This document shows positions 60,818 to 64,000 of a stretch of DNA of 64,000 nucleotides, one piece after another. The notes beneath the pieces were generated by a model that worked only from the letters and a program-made list of their open reading frames with translations, was not told the origin of the DNA and searched no databases. A program made the translations under genes and the position numbers. The stretch is from Eledone cirrhosa (Eukaryota): assembly GCA_964016885.1 (NCBI GenBank), contig OZ024742.1:233864001-233928000 (forward strand). Direction: 5' to 3'. How positions within the stretch are numbered: the stretch's first letter is position 1; each line of letters opens with the position of its first letter.

Positions 60818-61956
60818 TAGGAGAGTATTGAGGCTTCCAAACGACTTAAAGAAATTTCCCATATAATTATATATTCGTGTACAGATATCTTTGCATACAC
60901 AAAAACAAAATATAAACAAACGTATTTATTTCACGAAAGCACAGACGGATTATCGGCATTGTTACTGCCGATATGCCACCCAAAACGTCCTAGCCTGGCT
61001 GCAAGATCAGATTTTCCAGGAGAAAAAATGTTAATAGAGCAACAGAGAGACTAAGCTTCGCGATTACCATCAACAAAGCTCAAGGTCAAACCCTAAAAGT
61101 GGCTGGCCTTCATCTGGGAAAACCATGGTCAATTGTATGTAGGATGCTCTAGGATGAGCTAAGGAAGAGGAGAGGAAGGAGAGAAGGAGAAAAGAAACCT
61201 ACAATGAAAGAACATCTTAAAGTTTACCCAAACCAAATGTTGTATTTATTAACATTTCTATCTGCAGGTTCTTAGCAAGCTTAGTGGCGCTTTAGTATGG
61301 TATTCAATTCTCATATCGTTTTTGATTGATATGTTGCATATATTGCAGCTATTCATATGTTTTAAACATTAGATAACGATTGCTGATTTATATTGTACGA
61401 CAGAATTAGCTGGAAAATATTTTGAATGAACAAATAAAAGAGAGATGTTTGTTGGTTGGTTCCTTCGCGTATCACACGAAAAAAACGAAAAATGACAATC
61501 GGAAAGTATGTACAGGATTGGGATAAGAGTATATCCAGGAAAGTTTATTGGTACTAATTTTATAACACCAAAGAAGAAATACATACCACGTATGCTAACC
61601 AACCTAACTGCTATTTCTAACAGGTTGGGAATCAACCATAAGGGATTCTCTCTGCGAGTTCGTTGTCAGTGATGATCGTGTTTCGCGGCCTATGTCTCCG
61701 ATTCCAACGGTGGTTTACACACACACACTCACACACACACACACACGCACACGCACACAAACACACACGAACACTCACACAGGCACACACACACACACGA
61801 ACACTCACACACACACACATATATATATATACACAAACACACACAAACATACACACACACTATGAACAAGACAATGCATTAAATACAGACGTATTCTCTT
61901 CTGTCGGTCTTCTCTTATCATTTGTTAACCTTGGCGAAGTTGGGTACTTCAGCTAG
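60365..61956 (+). mobile_element. Internally deleted Helitron with a PIF1-type helicase remnant
   Basis: 61055-61153 reads SFAITINKAQGQTLKVAGL..HGQLYVGCSR; 3' GGCGAAGTTGGGTACTTCAGCTAG|T terminus. Confidence 0.7.
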
Positions 61957-61999
61957 TATATATATATTTAACGAAGGGTAATAAATGGAAGTTAGAAAA

Positions 62000-62714
62000 T
62001 TATATGTGATTATTAGTTGATATGATTATAACAAAGTATAATAGGAATAGGTGTATGACGAAAGAATAAATGTTATATATAGTTTACTTCACGTGAATCA
62101 ATTAAAAGTACATATAAAACAGTTACCAAGAGTTGTTAATGTTGTTATTGCTGCTGATGTGAGGCTGTTGTAGTCTGTTGTTGTTGTTGGTGGTGTGAAA
62201 ACAGCGAGCGATAGATAATTGTTGTTGTTGTTGTTGTTGGAATTTGGAGTCCGTGGTAGTAGTTTTGGAGACCGTAGTTAGTAAGAGAGAGAGATATGGT
62301 TTGTATATCTCTGAATGGTCTGTAATTAGTTGTAGACCACTGTGGCTTGTACATGGTCTGTAGAGTAGGGCTCAAATCTCTCTGTGTGTATCTGTAGGCC
62401 TCGTGGGGTCTGTTGATAGCGGTGAATCTTTACATAGTTAGTTGTGTATCCTAGCGCTTCGATATCTCTTGTGTCTGTAGACCCTTGAGGTTTGTTGATA
62501 GCAGTAAATCCTTACATAGCTTGTTATAGGTATAATGCTCCGATGTATCTCCTTGAATGGGATGATAGCACAGGCTTTATATACCTGTCGCTTCCTGTCC
62601 TCCACCTTGAGGGGATAGTCAACACGTCAACCTGTCTACACCAAAAAGGTGTTGACCTAGAATTTAACCTTTAGGTATCACCCAAAGTTCAAGGCGCGGA
62701 CAGATTTCGCTACA
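62000..62714 (-). mobile_element. Possible solo LTR
   Basis: Starts TGTAGCG on minus, has TATATAAAG and internal ~75-bp repeats; 3' boundary unclear. Confidence 0.3.
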
Positions 62715-63156
62715 TATATATATATGTATAAAAAACATGGGAAGAAAGAGGAAAACTGCGTGGTTGCACATGGGTTACATATTATAAAATTAGTCCCTCA
62801 TCAGTGATTTGCCAACCATCATTGGTATTTCATCGCATTAAAAATCATATACCTCAGGTTGGTGCGAGCAATAACTAAAATAAGCTATTGGGACAAGTGA
62901 ATCGCGTAAAGCGAGTGAGACAAGTAAACAACATAGAAGGAAAAGCAAACCGAAGGTAGGAAAAAAGCAAGCAACATGATGGTTATCCGATCAGCATAAG
63001 CTGGGTGAATTTCATGAGCGGTCAGAAAACAGACCGTCCGACGTGAATGAGATGTGAGAAAGAAAGAATCCATATATGGGAGAGTAAAAAACAACAACAC
63101 GGGAGTAAAAGTTACGAAAGGTATTAGGTTCACGCTTATTGATAGTGGGGGTGTGG

Positions 63157-63192
63157 GTGCGACGCTTCGAGCATAAGCCCTTCATCGGGAGA
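63157..63192 (-). pseudogene. Degenerate hammerhead in an old PLE-like remnant (about 62720-63450)
   Basis: CCGAUGA-A-GGGC-uuau-GCUC-GAAG-CGUC; core substitutions, stem I lost. Confidence 0.5.
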
Positions 63193-64000
63193 GTGGTGGG
63201 AAGGAGAAGGCGGGGGAGAAGGAAGTGGGAAAAAAATAAAAATAACACATGAGAAAATAAAAGTTAAAAACAAATGGTGAAAAGATGTGAGGCGTGTAGA
63301 GGTGGTAGGTGGTTGGAGGGGAAAGGAGAGGCGCAATGGAAAAAAGGGGTCCAAGCGGGGAGAGCGGAAGGTGGGATATGTGTACGTTATGTGTGTATGC
63401 GTGGATGTAAGTGTGGGAATCTGAGGGAGGGCGAGGTTGCATGCTTGCATATATTATTTGTTTGCTAAAATAATCAAATTAAATTAATTCAACAGTTAAA
63501 CACACATAGGAATAATAAGGTTGTTACCAAAGGGCCAGAAGATTAACAAGTCGATCCTAAATATTACTAAAAGCTCGAGGAAAGCCATGAACGACACCAC
63601 ATTTTTTAACTTTGATTTTTAAAGTAGGTTTATCATTATTAATTTTCTTTATACTTTTGAAGCTGTCTCGGTGGCCTAGTTGAAGGTATCATAGACGGTG
63701 GTGATCCTGGTCGGGAGTAGGGACTACATTTTAACCTGCATTCCATGTTTCATTTCTTCCCATCCTTGGTTGACCAAATGCCTTCCTTAATTGTTTCATT
63801 TATTTTTTTTTTATTTTATTCTTTCTCTTAGATTTCAGGTATTTTTGAAAGCAAAGCATTGGCCCCTAAAATACTATAGTGGGCCCTGCAATGCTAATGT
63901 GGGCTCTTGCAAAGCTATCGTGGGCCCCCTGGGACTCACTTGCCATTGGGCAACTTGGCAACCTGGCCAGTCCGCCACTATATATATATATATATATATA

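Larger units (their letters stand above)
59454..63980. mobile_element. Possible non-autonomous hAT-like element with nested insertions
   Basis: TIRs CAGTGGCGGACTGG (59454) and CCAGTCCGCCACTA (63967); GTGGGCCC subterminal repeats on the right; TA flanks; no transposase seen. Confidence 0.55.

Noticed and set aside
62770-62810. Minus CTGATGA-GGG..CCC (also CTGATGAGTTCC at about 48265-48278)
   Set aside because: No GAAA or stem III/I closure; at most relics.

Overview
Eukaryotic, extremely AT- and microsatellite-rich DNA; the SINE repertoire suggests a cephalopod, probably Octopus (inference). Most ORF-track entries are translations of (TA)n/(CA)n tracts and are not genes. Positions 1-35 kb and 55-59 kb hold a cluster of truncated Penelope-like elements (PLEs; RT + C-terminal GIY-YIG endonuclease with a CxCx5C linker, probably the Hydra clade) inserted into (TA)n tracts, mostly as fold-back (inverted-arm) structures. 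They carry about 14 intact or variant type I hammerhead ribozymes plus 3 damaged ones. Five unrelated PLE families share a covarying 2-nt-bulged stem-loop in their 3' tail, and in each the inverted arm stops 3-6 nt short of it; this is the most notable signal here. The rest contains Helitrons, RTE LINE fragments and a non-autonomous RTE derivative, a degenerate CRE-like retrotransposon, many tRNA-derived SINEs, MITEs, a 200-N gap, and two phase-compatible minus-strand exons of an unidentified host gene (about 47-50 kb).
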